DNA of 64,000 nt from an uncultured Planctomycetota bacterium. Lineage in GTDB: Bacteria > Planctomycetota > Planctomycetia > Isosphaerales > Isosphaeraceae. The stretch lies in contig CAVTTN010000002.1 of NCBI GenBank assembly GCA_963737655.1, positions 3,936,001-4,000,000 of the forward strand, written 5' to 3'. Of the stretch, positions 37,628-47,793 are shown one piece after another; position 1 is the stretch's first letter; every line of letters begins with the position of its first letter. The notes beneath the pieces were generated by a model, which was not told the origin of the DNA, made no database searches, and worked only from the letters and a program-made list of their open reading frames with translations. The position numbers and the translations under genes were made by a program.

Positions 37628-39223
37628 ATGGAAGAACCGTCCGAGTCGCCCGCTCCCGCCCCATCTCCCGCCCGCCCCTCGCCCCGCCATCGAGGCCCCG
37701 TCTGGCTGGGCCTCGGCCTCCTGGCGACCCTCGCCATCGTCCTCGCCCTGGTCCCCCGAAAAGCGTCGTTCGACGCCCTCGCCCGCGTCCGCGCCTCCGG
37801 CCGCCTGATTTATGGCACCGACGCCGAAGGGGGCGGCCCGTATGCCTTCCCCGACCCGAAGGCCCCCGGCCAGTTGACGGGCTTCGAGGTCGAGCTCATG
37901 GACCTCCTCTGCGGCTCGCTCGGGCCGACGCCCACGCCCTCGCAAACCCAGTGGGACACGCTCCTTCCCACCCTGGGGACCGGGCGGATCGACATCGTCG
38001 TCAACGGCTACGAGTGGACCCCGGCGAGGGCCGAGCGCTACCTGGCGACCCGTCCCTATTATCTCTACGAACTCCAGGTGATGGCGCTCAAGGGCGGCCC
38101 GATCGGCTCGTTCGACGACCTGGTTCGGCCTCGGAGCGACGGCCGCAAGATGAGGGTGGCCGTCCTCGGCGGTTCGGCCGGCGAGGCGTATTGCCGGGAT
38201 CATGGCGAGGGACGGATCGAGGTCGTCTATTTCAACGGCGCGACCGACACCATGATGGCCGTCAAGAACGGCCAGGCCGACGCCGCCCTCCAGGACCGTC
38301 CCGCCGCCCTGTTCTACCGGGACGATTATCCCTCGCTCGATCTCGTCGGACCGCCCGTCGGTCGGGGCCAGTATGTGATGTTCCTCCGTCCCGGGGACGG
38401 GCCCCTGCGAGACGCCCTGAATGCCGGGATCGAGCGATTGATCCGCTCCGGGGCCCTGCGGAGGCTGTACGAGCGATACGGGATCTGGACCGCCGCGCAA
38501 GACGACCTCCTCGCCGAATCGACGCCCGCCGAAGCCGGCGAATCCTCGCCCAGGGGCTGGTCGCTGATCGCCCGCTATGGATGGACGCTGGTCGAAGCCT
38601 CGGGGATGACCATCTTCCTCGCGTTCGCCTCCATGCCCCTGGCCATCGGGATCGGGCTGCTGGTGGCCCTGGGACGGCTCTACGGGCCGAAGCCGCTCGG
38701 CGCGGTCCTGGCCGGATACGTCGAGCTCCTTCGGGGCACTCCGCTGATGCTCCAGCTTTACGTCCTGTTCTTCCTGCTGCCGGAGCTGGGGATCGAGCTG
38801 CCGGCGCTGGTCGCCGGGGTGGCGGGGCTGGCGATCAACTACTCGGCCTACGAGGCGGAAATCTACCGGGCCGGCCTCCAGGCGATCCCGACGGGCCAGA
38901 TGGAGGCGGCCCTGGCCCTGGGCATGTCCCGGCCGATGGCGCTTCGTCGGATCATCGTGCCTCAGGCCGTTCGGATCGTGATCCCCCCGGTCACGAACGA
39001 CTTCATCGCCCTGTTCAAGGATACGTCGGTGTGCTCGGTCATCTCGCTCGTCGAGTTGACCAAGCAATACTCGATCCTGGCCAACAGCACGGGCGGGGTG
39101 GTCGAGTTCGCCGGGGCGTCGGCCACGCTCTACCTGCTGATGAGCCTGCCGCTGTCGTTCTTTTCGCGATGGTTCGAGAGGCGCCTGGGGTCCGAAGGGC
39201 CGAAGGGAGGACGGATCGGATGA
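37628..39223 (+). CDS. Polar amino-acid ABC transporter, fused substrate-binding protein + permease
   Basis: GFEVELM and IDIVVNG (SBP family 3); RGTPLMLQLY, YSAYEAEIYRAG and QMEAA (EAA loop). Confidence 0.92.
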   Translation: MEEPSESPAPAPSPARPSPRHRGPVWLGLGLLATLAIVLALVPRKASFDALARVRASGRLIYGTDAEGGGPYAFPDPKAPGQLTGFEVELMDLLCGSLGPTPTPSQTQWDTLLPTLGTGRIDIVVNGYEWTPARAERYLATRPYYLYELQVMALKGGPIGSFDDLVRPRSDGRKMRVAVLGGSAGEAYCRDHGEGRIEVVYFNGATDTMMAVKNGQADAALQDRPAALFYRDDYPSLDLVGPPVGRGQYVMFLRPGDGPLRDALNAGIERLIRSGALRRLYERYGIWTAAQDDLLAESTPAEAGESSPRGWSLIARYGWTLVEASGMTIFLAFASMPLAIGIGLLVALGRLYGPKPLGAVLAGYVELLRGTPLMLQLYVLFFLLPELGIELPALVAGVAGLAINYSAYEAEIYRAGLQAIPTGQMEAALALGMSRPMALRRIIVPQAVRIVIPPVTNDFIALFKDTSVCSVISLVELTKQYSILANSTGGVVEFAGASATLYLLMSLPLSFFSRWFERRLGSEGPKGGRIG

Positions 39224-39966
39224 TTCAGGTCCGGGGGCTGGTCAAGGATCACGGTTCTCTGCGAGTGCTCGACGGGATCGACCTGGACATCGCCCGGGGC
39301 GAGGTCGCGGCGATCCTCGGGCCGTCGGGGGGCGGCAAGAGCACGTTCCTCCGCTGCCTGAACGGCCTGGAACGGTTCGGCGAGGGGACCGTGACGATCG
39401 GCGAGAATCGCCTGGTCGCCGGGTGTCCGGAAACGGTCCGCGACGGCACCCTGGCCAGGGTCCGCCGCGAGGTCGGGATGGTGTTCCAGGGGTTCCACCT
39501 CTTCCCTCATCGGACGGTCCTCCAGAACGTGACCGAGGCGCCTCGATGCGTCCTGGGCCTCGATCGCGACCGGGCCGAGGCGAGGGCTCGAAGCCTCCTC
39601 GAACGCGTGGGGATGCTTGAGAAGGCCGGCTGCCGGCCCCGAGAACTCTCGGGAGGCCAGCAGCAACGGGTGGCGATCGCCCGGGCCCTGGCGATGGAGC
39701 CTCGCGCGATCCTGTTCGATGAGCCGACCAGCGCCCTGGACCCGAGGATGACTTCGGAGGTCCTCTCGGTGATCGCCGACCTGGCCCGGGATGGGCAGAC
39801 GATGGTGGTGGTCACTCATGCGCTGGAGTTCGCCCGGAGGGTGGCCTCGACGGTCCACCTGTTCGGGGGCGGCAAGGTCGTCGAGTCCGCGCCTCCCGGC
39901 GAATTCTTCGAATCGCCCCGCACGGAGGCCGCCCGCGCCTTCCTGGCCGAGACCCGAGCGGCCTGA
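39220..39966 (+). CDS. Polar amino-acid ABC transporter ATP-binding protein (GlnQ-like)
   Basis: GPSGGGKST, LSGGQQQR, FDEPTSALDP; ATGA overlap. Confidence 0.95.
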   Translation: MIQVRGLVKDHGSLRVLDGIDLDIARGEVAAILGPSGGGKSTFLRCLNGLERFGEGTVTIGENRLVAGCPETVRDGTLARVRREVGMVFQGFHLFPHRTVLQNVTEAPRCVLGLDRDRAEARARSLLERVGMLEKAGCRPRELSGGQQQRVAIARALAMEPRAILFDEPTSALDPRMTSEVLSVIADLARDGQTMVVVTHALEFARRVASTVHLFGGGKVVESAPPGEFFESPRTEAARAFLAETRAA

Positions 39967-40038
39967 TCGGCACGGGCCTTGCAAAACAGTCCTCTCGTGA
40001 ATTCCGCCCTTTCGATTCGCGAACCGATGGAGGACATC

Positions 40039-40272
40039 ATGGCGTCTGCCACCATGAATCAGGTCAAGGAGCATATGGACGTCGTCTGCTCCAACGGCGG
40101 CAAGGTCGGCGTCGTCGATCACGTCCAGGGGGACGAGATCAAGCTCACCAAGCACGACTCGCCCGACGGCATGCACCACTTTATCCCCATGTCCATGGTC
40201 GCCAGCGTGGACGACAAGGTCCACCTGTCGATGCCCGGCGACCAGGTCAAGAAGCAGTGGCGGAGCGAGTGA
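40039..40272 (+). CDS. DUF2171-family small protein
   Basis: VKEHMDVV..VGVVDHVQGDEIKLTKHDS..HHFIP; GGAGGA RBS. Confidence 0.85.
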   Translation: MASATMNQVKEHMDVVCSNGGKVGVVDHVQGDEIKLTKHDSPDGMHHFIPMSMVASVDDKVHLSMPGDQVKKQWRSE

Positions 40273-40345
40273 TCCGCACAAGTGACCGGGCGATGGCCCG
40301 GTGGAGTTGGTCGGCCCGAATGGATCTCGGGCCGACCCAACTCGT

Positions 40346-41078
40346 TCAGTCGGCGGATCTCGGAGGAGTCGGGCCCGGGTCGGTCGGTGAGGGAGGCTGG
40401 GGCACCTTCTCCTCCTTCGGCATGGGCGGGGGGGAGGACTCCGGACCGGGAATCGGGGGGATCGGCTGGAGATCGGGGGCCGAGGGCTCCGGCGGCGCCA
40501 CGAATTCGCCGGGGGTCTTGTCCGAAGGGACCACGGTGCGGACGCCTTCGGGGCCGATGACCTGGACCGCGCCGGGGACCTGGACCTTGAGCGCCTCCAG
40601 CGTCGCCTTGTAACGAGTCAGGCCGGCCTCGACCTTGGCGAGCCTCGCTCGGAGTTCCGCGCGTTCCTTCGTGAGAGCATCGACGGCGTCGGAGGCCTCC
40701 TTGCGGGTCCTCTCGACGAACTCCTCGGCGGATCGCTCGGGGTCGGCGGGGGGCGCCGGCGAGGCCACGCCCGCGGGCGCGATCCCGACACCCGACAGGG
40801 CCTCTGTTGCCGGCGCGAGGGCGGGCTCCGGCGAAGCCATGGGCGGAAGCTCGGTCGAGGCCGGCGGGTCGTGGCGGGGCGACGCGACCTTCTCCGGCTC
40901 GGCCGGAGGCAACGGCGGAGGGTCGTCCGAAGGACGACTCGGCGCCGCCCTGGACCTGAGCGGCCACCAGGACTGCCCGTTTGGCGTCGCGGCCCGGCAT
41001 CAGGGTCGCTCGGATCGCGATCAAGCCGAGGAGCGTCGCCCCGGCGATCGCCCCCCATGTCTTCGCCTTCCCGATCAT
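40346..41078 (-). CDS. Pro-rich, coiled-coil, membrane-anchored hypothetical protein (probable frameshift near 40920)
   Basis: The N-terminal TM (ORF start 41078, GGAGG RBS) joins the Pro-rich/coiled-coil ORF 40346..40912. Confidence 0.55.
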
Positions 41079-41137
41079 GGCATCCCTCCCTCGGGCCTCT
41101 CCGACCTCTCACGCCCTCCGGCGCGTCCCCGAAGAGT

Positions 41138-41596
41138 TTAGCCGATCGGCTCGGAACGACCCAGGGGAGAAATCCCGGCCGAAGCCGAGTTGCCGATCGT
41201 GGCCGAGGCGAAGACGAACCATCCGGCGATCAGGGCGATCCCCCCGCCAGGGGTGATCATCCCCAGCCATCGCGGGCCGCCGAGGCCAATCGCGTAGAGG
41301 GTTCCCGAGAAGACGACGATCCCGACGGCGAACAGCCACCCGGCGGCATCCAGGCGCCCGGATCGCCCGCGGAGGGTGGCGGTCAGGCCGACCCCGACCA
41401 GGGCCAGGGCGTGGTACATCTCGTAGCGGGCCCCGGTCTCGAAGACTTCCAGGCGGTGAGCGAGGGATTGCCTGTCGGGCGACGTCATCTTCTCCATCTC
41501 GTCCGGCTTCGGGGTCAATCCGTGGGCGAGGAAGGCCCCGAGCACGACCGCCAGCCCACCGAACGCCGCGCCGATCCCGACCCATCGCCCGCCCAT
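41138..41596 (-). CDS. DUF423/YgdD-family membrane protein
   Basis: LGAFLAHGL, FETGARYEMYHALAL, FSGTLY, ITPGGG. Confidence 0.9.
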   Translation of the reverse strand: MGGRWVGIGAAFGGLAVVLGAFLAHGLTPKPDEMEKMTSPDRQSLAHRLEVFETGARYEMYHALALVGVGLTATLRGRSGRLDAAGWLFAVGIVVFSGTLYAIGLGGPRWLGMITPGGGIALIAGWFVFASATIGNSASAGISPLGRSEPIG

Positions 41597-41676
41597 CGTC
41601 GCCTCCCTTCGCGTCTCGCCTTGCCCCGTCCCGATGATCGGGGAAAACCCCCGCCCTGTCGAGTCCCCGGGCGGTC

Positions 41677-42273
41677 TCAGGGGTCGAGCCATCGATCGTA
41701 CAGCGGGTCGAGGGCCGCCTCATATCGGCTGAGGGGCCGGCCAGCCGGGGGACGGACGACCGCCAGGCATCGCCGGAACAGCGGAGGTGCCCACGCCGCC
41801 GTTGTGACCACGAGGACGAAGAAGCCCACCGTGAGCGTGAGGTTGGTCACTTCACGATCGAGACGAGCCCCGACCGCCACCAGGAGCAGTAACGCCCCGA
41901 AAAGTCCCAAAGAGCCCAGGCAGCCGAATCCCAGGACCCGAAAGACCTGATCCAGCCGGGAGACCGAACGCCAGGGCGGACTGATCGGCCCCGCGATGGG
42001 CCGATCGATGTCGTCCAGGAAGCGGACCGGGGAATGGCGTTCAACCCAGGCCCGAAACCCCCAGGCTTCGTCCATCACCCGGAGGAGATCGCGGGGCGAG
42101 GACCGATGGAGCCGCAAATCGGCGAGCAGGGCGAGCGCGACCCCTTCCGGCGGTCGCGAGAGGAGCCCGGGTCGGGAATAATCCGGCAGGCCCCGGAGGG
42201 CCCCGGAATCGACCTGGCGACAGAGCCAGCCCGTGATTCGCTCGCGGCGGCGAGGATCGACGAAAGCCGTCAT
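41677..42273 (-). CDS. Hypothetical membrane protein
   Basis: C-terminal part of ORF 41677..43494, from MTAFVDP; two TM segments; ends DPLYDRWLDP. Confidence 0.5.
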   Translation of the reverse strand: MTAFVDPRRRERITGWLCRQVDSGALRGLPDYSRPGLLSRPPEGVALALLADLRLHRSSPRDLLRVMDEAWGFRAWVERHSPVRFLDDIDRPIAGPISPPWRSVSRLDQVFRVLGFGCLGSLGLFGALLLLVAVGARLDREVTNLTLTVGFFVLVVTTAAWAPPLFRRCLAVVRPPAGRPLSRYEAALDPLYDRWLDP

Positions 42274-42353
42274 GGGCGAAACCCCGGAGGGCCGAATCTC
42301 TCGGCGTCCATCGTCCCGGATCGGGAGCATCCGACGCAAGGCGCGAGCCTCCG

Positions 42354-43712
42354 TCATTCCCCCCGGAGGAGCAGGGCCCGGGACTCGGCGGCGAGGAACA
42401 GGGAGCCGGTCACGCAGACCGTCCCCTCGGGAGGTGTCCGCCTCCGGGCGGCGTCCAGGGCCTCGGCCGGCGAGGGGCGGATTTCGACGGGCAGGCCCGA
42501 TCGTTCGCGGACCATCGAGGCGACCTCCTCGGGCGGGACGGCCCGGGGGTTTTCCAGGTATTTCGTGGCGATCACGGCGTCGAACAGCGGGAGCAAGGCG
42601 TCGAGCTGGCCGGGCAGGTCCTTGTCCCGGGTCGTCCCGAAGACGAGGGTCCGGGGTCCGGCGGGAAAGTTGGCGAGGATCGTCTCGGCCAGAGCCTGGG
42701 CCGAGGCGACGTTGTGGGCGCCGTCGATCACGATCCAGGGGTTCCGCCCGATCACTTCGACCCGCGCCGGCCAGTCCAGGGACGCGAAGCCTCGGGAAAC
42801 GGCCTCGGTCGGCACGTCCCAACCCAGGTCGGCCAGCAGATCGAGCGTCGCCATCGCCACGGCGGCGTTCCTGGCCTGATGAGGGCCGAGCAGGGGGAGC
42901 GTCTTGAGGCCCCAATCCCGCCTCCAGGTCGTCACGAGCACCCGGCCCGGCGTGGGGCGGTCGAGCGGAGGCTCGGGCGGTCGGTATTCGAACCGGAAAT
43001 CGCGGTCGATCTCGCGGAGGGGGGACTTCCTCCGCCCGGCGACCTCGCGGATCGCGTCGCGGGCCGGCCCTTCGGGCACGCCGATCACTCCGGGCCGCCC
43101 CCTCTTGAGGATTCCCGCCTTCTCCCGGGCGATGGCCGGCAACGTCGAGCCGAGCTGCTTGGTGTGGTCGAAGGAGATGGACGTGATGACCGAGGCCGCC
43201 GGCCTCACGCAGTTCGTGGAGTCCAGCCGGCCTCCCATCCCGACCTCCAGCAAGACCGCGCCGACGCCCCTTCGGGCGAAATGGAGGAGGCCCATCGCCG
43301 TGGTGATCTCGAAGAACGTCGGCCCCCGGTGGCGATGACTCGTCGAATCGGAGTCGAAATGGGCGACCGCGGGGCGGACGGCCTCGATCAGGTCGAGGAG
43401 CTCGCCTCGTGAGGCGTCCCGGCCATCGATCCGGAACCGTTCTTCCAGGCGGTGGAGGTGGGGCGAGCAGAAGAGGCCGGTCTCGACGCCGCAAGCCGAG
43501 AGCGCCGAGGCGATCATGGCGGAGGTCGAGCCCTTGCCCTTGGTCCCGGCGACGTGGACGATCTCCAGGCCGTCCTGGGGATCGCCCAGGGCCCGGAGGA
43601 GCCGTCGCATCCGGCCGAGGCGGAGCTCGCTGGGGATGCGGGGCATCCCCGTCCTTTCGTAGTTCAGCCGGCCATAGAGGAATTCGAGGCCGTCCGGGTC
43701 GTGGTCGGTCAT
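42354..43712 (-). CDS. folC: Folylpolyglutamate/dihydrofolate synthase
   Basis: HVAGTKGKGST, SPHL..ER, TFFE, EVGMGGRLDSTN, DGAHN, TGSLFL. Confidence 0.95.
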   Translation of the reverse strand: MTDHDPDGLEFLYGRLNYERTGMPRIPSELRLGRMRRLLRALGDPQDGLEIVHVAGTKGKGSTSAMIASALSACGVETGLFCSPHLHRLEERFRIDGRDASRGELLDLIEAVRPAVAHFDSDSTSHRHRGPTFFEITTAMGLLHFARRGVGAVLLEVGMGGRLDSTNCVRPAASVITSISFDHTKQLGSTLPAIAREKAGILKRGRPGVIGVPEGPARDAIREVAGRRKSPLREIDRDFRFEYRPPEPPLDRPTPGRVLVTTWRRDWGLKTLPLLGPHQARNAAVAMATLDLLADLGWDVPTEAVSRGFASLDWPARVEVIGRNPWIVIDGAHNVASAQALAETILANFPAGPRTLVFGTTRDKDLPGQLDALLPLFDAVIATKYLENPRAVPPEEVASMVRERSGLPVEIRPSPAEALDAARRRTPPEGTVCVTGSLFLAAESRALLLRGE

Positions 43713-44143
43713 GGAGGGGGGGCCGCGGGGCTTCCGGGCGGGTCGGTCGCCGCGAAATCGGTGAGGCGGACGGAGTCCTCCTCGGTCAGGGTCCGATGGA
43801 CGATGGCGAGGATGTCGGCCAGGGGGCGGCCCTTGACGAGATAGCCCGAGGCGCCGGCCTCGAACGCTTCGAGCCGGGAATCGGCGTCGCCCAGGTTGGA
43901 AACCATCACGACCCGCAAGGTGGTCCCGGCCGGATCGTGGCGGAGGGCGTCCAGGACGTCGAAGCCGGTCAACTCGGGCATCCACACATCCAGGAGGAGC
44001 AGGGCGGGCCGGGTTTCGCGGACGAGCTGGAGGGCCTCCCGGCCGTCCCGGGCTTCCAGGACCGAGAGGCCCGAGGCGCGGAGGAGGGTCGCGTAGAGGT
44101 CTCGGAGGTCATCATCATCATCGGCCAGGACGATGGTCGGCAC
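43709..44143 (-). CDS. Single-domain response regulator (REC)
   Basis: GTG start; IVLADDD, LLLDVWMP, GYLVK; stop overlaps the folC start. Confidence 0.88.
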   Translation of the reverse strand: MPTIVLADDDDDLRDLYATLLRASGLSVLEARDGREALQLVRETRPALLLLDVWMPELTGFDVLDALRHDPAGTTLRVVMVSNLGDADSRLEAFEAGASGYLVKGRPLADILAIVHRTLTEEDSVRLTDFAATDPPGSPAAPPP

Positions 44144-44425
44144 GCCGGGGCCTCGTCGTCGCTCAATCAATCGGGCTTGCCCGTCGGGGGCCGATCGGCC
44201 AGGATACCCGGAGCGGGCCGGGCCTCGCCACGCCAGATCCGCCAGGCGGGGCGGGAACTTCCGGCCAGAGGAGGTCCGGTTCCGGTCCGGAGGGCCCGCT
44301 CCCCCCATTGGCCCGCCTCGCGGCGGGTTCAAGCCCCGGGCCCGGCCGACCGATAGAAGCGCTGTCCGGAGAGAGGCCAGAGGTCGGGCCTCCTCGCGGA
44401 CCTTCGGGCAGGGAGGCCGACGGCG

Positions 44426-46720
44426 ATGCGGCAGGGGGCGCCCCGGATCGGGGCGGAAATCCTCGTCCTGGGTCTGATCGTCGGCGGGCTGGCCGGGGCC
44501 GTCGGCCTCGTCGCCTCCGCCTCGCGACGGGGTGCCGACCGGCCTCCCGTCCGGGTCGTCGAGGCCCCTGCTCTTCCTTCGAAGGTCGATCCGGCTCCCG
44601 AACCCGACCCGGAACCGGACCCCGAGCCGATTCCGCCGCCGGCGCCGCCGGTCCCCGACGACCCCACGCCCGGGATCGTGGCGGACCTGCTCTCGAAGGC
44701 CGAGGCCGAGGTCTCGGCCGCCGAGGCGGCCCACAAGGAGGCCGAGGCCCGGGAGTCCGCCATCGCCGCCGCCCAGGCCGAGGCCGAGAAATGGCGACGG
44801 CGCGAGGAAATGGTCTCCCAGAAGCTCGCCTCCCTCGATCGCGAGGCCCGTCGCGTCGAGGACGAGGCCGACGCCCTCGCCCGAGAGCGCGACATCCTGG
44901 CCGAGAAGCGCGACGAGGCCAAGGAGAGCCTGAAGCACGCCCAGCTCCGCGCGAAGGACGGCCTGGCCGTCCTTCCGTACAAGGGACCCAACGGCACCTG
45001 GCGGAGGCCGATCGCCATCGAGTGCCACGACGGCCTGGCCACCCTCCAGCCCGGCGGGCCGAGCTACTCCGTCGCCCAGATCGCCCTGTTCGCCCGGCCG
45101 AGGAGCCATCCCCTGGTCCAGGCCGTCGCCAAGATGATGATCCGGGGCGAGGGGATGGCCACTCCCGACGGCGCCCCGAGCGTCCCCTACATCCTCTTCG
45201 TGATCCGGCCCGACGGTATCGCGCCCTATTACGCGGCTCGGGCCTTGCTCGACCCCCTCGGACTCGTCCAGGGCTATGAACTGGTCGATGCCGACTGGGA
45301 CATCGAGTACCCGGACCTCGGCGACCCGAAGGAATGGAAGGGGCTGAAGGACTCGGGGGCGATGCCCTCGCCGTCCTGGCCTCCTCCCGACGCCGGGAAT
45401 GACCTGGCCCAGGGGGCCGGGGGCGACCGACTCGGCGACTTGCGGGCAACCGGACCGGGCGGCCTGGGCGGACTCGGCGGCCCAACGGGTGGTCCCGGCG
45501 GTCGTGAAGGCGGCGGGGGTCGGGGAAACTCGACGGCCTCCGACGAGAAGTCCGGCGGCTGGGGAAGCCTGAACGGCCGGGCCTTTCCCTCTCCCGGAGA
45601 CGGCCATTCCTCCGACATCGACCTGAACGAGCTCGCCCGAGGCCGAGGCGCGGGCCTCGACCGCGTGATCCCCGACGACGGCCGGGTCCCGGTCATCCCG
45701 GGAGGCGTCCTCGGGATGGATGAGAACGAGGCCGATCCGACCCTCGAGCAGGAACTCAGCCGGGCCCGAGAGGGCCTGGGTCTGCCGCCCTCCCAGTCTC
45801 GCCCCTCGGGTTCGTCCCCGTTCCCCGGTGCCCCGGGCGCCCGGCCCGAGCCGCCGAGGAGGCTGGCGGTGCCGTCTCGGATGGTCCCCGCCCCGTTCGG
45901 AGGCGCCTCGCCTCCGGCCGCCGATCGGCCCATTCCTCCGATCGCGGCGGCCGGTTCCGGGGCCGGCTCCCGGCCGGGAACGTCCGCCGGCTCGGGCCGA
46001 TCGGCCCAGGGAGACGGCGCCCCGCCGACGGACCCGGATGGAACCCCGCTGAACGCCACGACCGGCCACAGCCAGGGTCCGACGGTCGTTCGAGGGCCGG
46101 CGATTTCCGCCCCTCCACGGACCGCTCCCTCGACCGGAACGACGACGACGGCCGGCGGGGCTCCCCCGGCCACGAACCCGGCGGGGGCCGTGGGCGGAAC
46201 GGCCGGGTCGGGCGCCTCCTCAACGGGTTCGACCGCCTCGACGTCGTCCTCGTCCAGCTCGGGAAAGACGGGGACGGGCACCTCGGTTTCGGGGACGAGT
46301 TCGGGCGTCCCGATCGGTCCTCCGGGAGGCGGCGGCGGCCAGTCGGGCGGACAGGGCGGGACCGGGCCTTCGGGCCCTCCGGACAGTAAGTTCCAGTCGA
46401 AGTCGTTCGAAATCTTCCTCTCGTGTGGCCCGAACGGGGTAACCGTCCATCCCGGCAATCACGTCCTGACCCGCGCCGATCTGGAGGGGAATGACCTCGC
46501 CCTGCCCGGACGAATTCACGGGTTGATCCAGGACCGGTGGAAGGCCGAGCCCGAGGTCGGTTGGCGGTCGAAGCTCCATTTCCTGATCAAGCCGGGCGGC
46601 GAGGGGACGTACCTCCGGGCGAGGACCCAGATCCTCTCGGCCAACATGGGCCTGCCGATGACGTTCCAGCTCGCCGGGACGTCGCCGATCAAGGGCGTTC
46701 TGGAGGAGACTCGCCGATGA
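44426..46720 (+). CDS. Membrane-anchored coiled-coil protein with two ExbD-like modules and a long G/S/P/T-rich linker
   Basis: N-terminal TM, Pro-rich stretch, coiled coil, then the modules IECHDG..FVIRPDG..YYAAR..GYEL and LSCGPNG..FLIKPGG..YLRAR. Confidence 0.65.
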   Translation: MRQGAPRIGAEILVLGLIVGGLAGAVGLVASASRRGADRPPVRVVEAPALPSKVDPAPEPDPEPDPEPIPPPAPPVPDDPTPGIVADLLSKAEAEVSAAEAAHKEAEARESAIAAAQAEAEKWRRREEMVSQKLASLDREARRVEDEADALARERDILAEKRDEAKESLKHAQLRAKDGLAVLPYKGPNGTWRRPIAIECHDGLATLQPGGPSYSVAQIALFARPRSHPLVQAVAKMMIRGEGMATPDGAPSVPYILFVIRPDGIAPYYAARALLDPLGLVQGYELVDADWDIEYPDLGDPKEWKGLKDSGAMPSPSWPPPDAGNDLAQGAGGDRLGDLRATGPGGLGGLGGPTGGPGGREGGGGRGNSTASDEKSGGWGSLNGRAFPSPGDGHSSDIDLNELARGRGAGLDRVIPDDGRVPVIPGGVLGMDENEADPTLEQELSRAREGLGLPPSQSRPSGSSPFPGAPGARPEPPRRLAVPSRMVPAPFGGASPPAADRPIPPIAAAGSGAGSRPGTSAGSGRSAQGDGAPPTDPDGTPLNATTGHSQGPTVVRGPAISAPPRTAPSTGTTTTAGGAPPATNPAGAVGGTAGSGASSTGSTASTSSSSSSGKTGTGTSVSGTSSGVPIGPPGGGGGQSGGQGGTGPSGPPDSKFQSKSFEIFLSCGPNGVTVHPGNHVLTRADLEGNDLALPGRIHGLIQDRWKAEPEVGWRSKLHFLIKPGGEGTYLRARTQILSANMGLPMTFQLAGTSPIKGVLEETRR

Positions 46721-47760
46721 GCCGGGACTCCTATCCCAAGATCGCGGCGGAGGCTCGTCGTGCTGATCGCGGCGATGGCGGGCGTCGCCTGGATCGGCCT
46801 GAAACCGACGTCCGAGCCGCCGAAAACCGAGGCGGGTCCGCCGCCCGAGCCCGTCGCGGTCGTGCCACCACCGCCCAGGAAGTCGCCGAAGCCCCCGGCA
46901 CCGCGACCGATCGCCCCGGTCCAGGCCCTGCCGGCCCCGAAGCCCGATCCCGAGGCGGTCGCCCGGGCCCGGTCGTCGCTGGATCGGGCCCGATCGGCCC
47001 GCACCCAGGCGGAGGCCCGGGCCTCGGAGGCCGCCGAGCGGCTCAAGGCCGCTCAGATGTTCGCCGCGTCGTCTTGGATGAATCACAAGAAGTTCGCCGT
47101 GAAGCTCCGCGACCCGGGTCCCCGGCTCGTCTCGGCGAAGTCTCGGGGCGAGCTACTCAAGGTCGAGCGAGACCGGCTCCGGGCCGAACTCGGGGCCCTC
47201 GACGCCTCGCCGAGGCCGCGACGGAAGGCCCTGATCGACAAGACCCGGTCGCCCGCAAGGCCGAGGGCGAGGAGTTCCATTTCGAGGTCCACGCCGACCG
47301 GGTCGCGTTCGTGGACCTGGATCGGCTGATGGACAAGGTCAAGACCGATGCGAGGGTCCAGCTTCGGCTGGCGGCCACGAGTTCCCGGCCGATCGGCGGA
47401 GAGGTGGGGCCGGTCGGGGCGTTCACGATCCGCTACAAGGTCGGCCGGATGGACGATGGGACCGGCGGACGGGTCGTGTCGTATGGCCTGCTCGGCTGGG
47501 AGATCGTCCCGAACCGACCGAATCGCGGCGAGACGTTCGAGTCGGCGATGGGCCCGGCGTCGGACTTCGCCCGGGCCCTGGTCCGGCTCGACCCGGCCCG
47601 GGACGTGGTGACGATGTGGATCTATCCCGACGGCTTCCCGCTCTATCGAAGGCTCCGAGATACCCTCCACGAGCGGGGGTTCCGGGTCGCCGCCCGACCC
47701 TTGCCCGAAGGGATGACGATCCGAGGCAGCCCGGATGGCTCGGCCTCGGCCGCCCAGTAA
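46717..47760 (+). CDS. Paralogous membrane-anchored coiled-coil protein (frameshifts near 46753 and 47245)
   Basis: ATGA overlap; MSRDSYPKIAAE/LVVLIAAM.., coiled coil, then EFHFEV..TMWIYPDGFPLYRRLR..ARPLPEG..SAAQ. Confidence 0.65.
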   Translation: MSRDSYPKIAAEARRADRGDGGRRLDRPETDVRAAENRGGSAARARRGRATTAQEVAEAPGTATDRPGPGPAGPEARSRGGRPGPVVAGSGPIGPHPGGGPGLGGRRAAQGRSDVRRVVLDESQEVRREAPRPGSPARLGEVSGRATQGRARPAPGRTRGPRRLAEAATEGPDRQDPVARKAEGEEFHFEVHADRVAFVDLDRLMDKVKTDARVQLRLAATSSRPIGGEVGPVGAFTIRYKVGRMDDGTGGRVVSYGLLGWEIVPNRPNRGETFESAMGPASDFARALVRLDPARDVVTMWIYPDGFPLYRRLRDTLHERGFRVAARPLPEGMTIRGSPDGSASAAQ

Positions 47761-47793
47761 GCCCGAACGAACCGATCGGGGCGCCGGCGTCGG

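Noticed and set aside
36782..39223. 813-aa YkgJ-ABC transporter fusion ORF
   Set aside because: A frameshift near 37480 explains it. YkgJ has its own stop at 37551, and the ABC gene has its own ATG (37628) and RBS.
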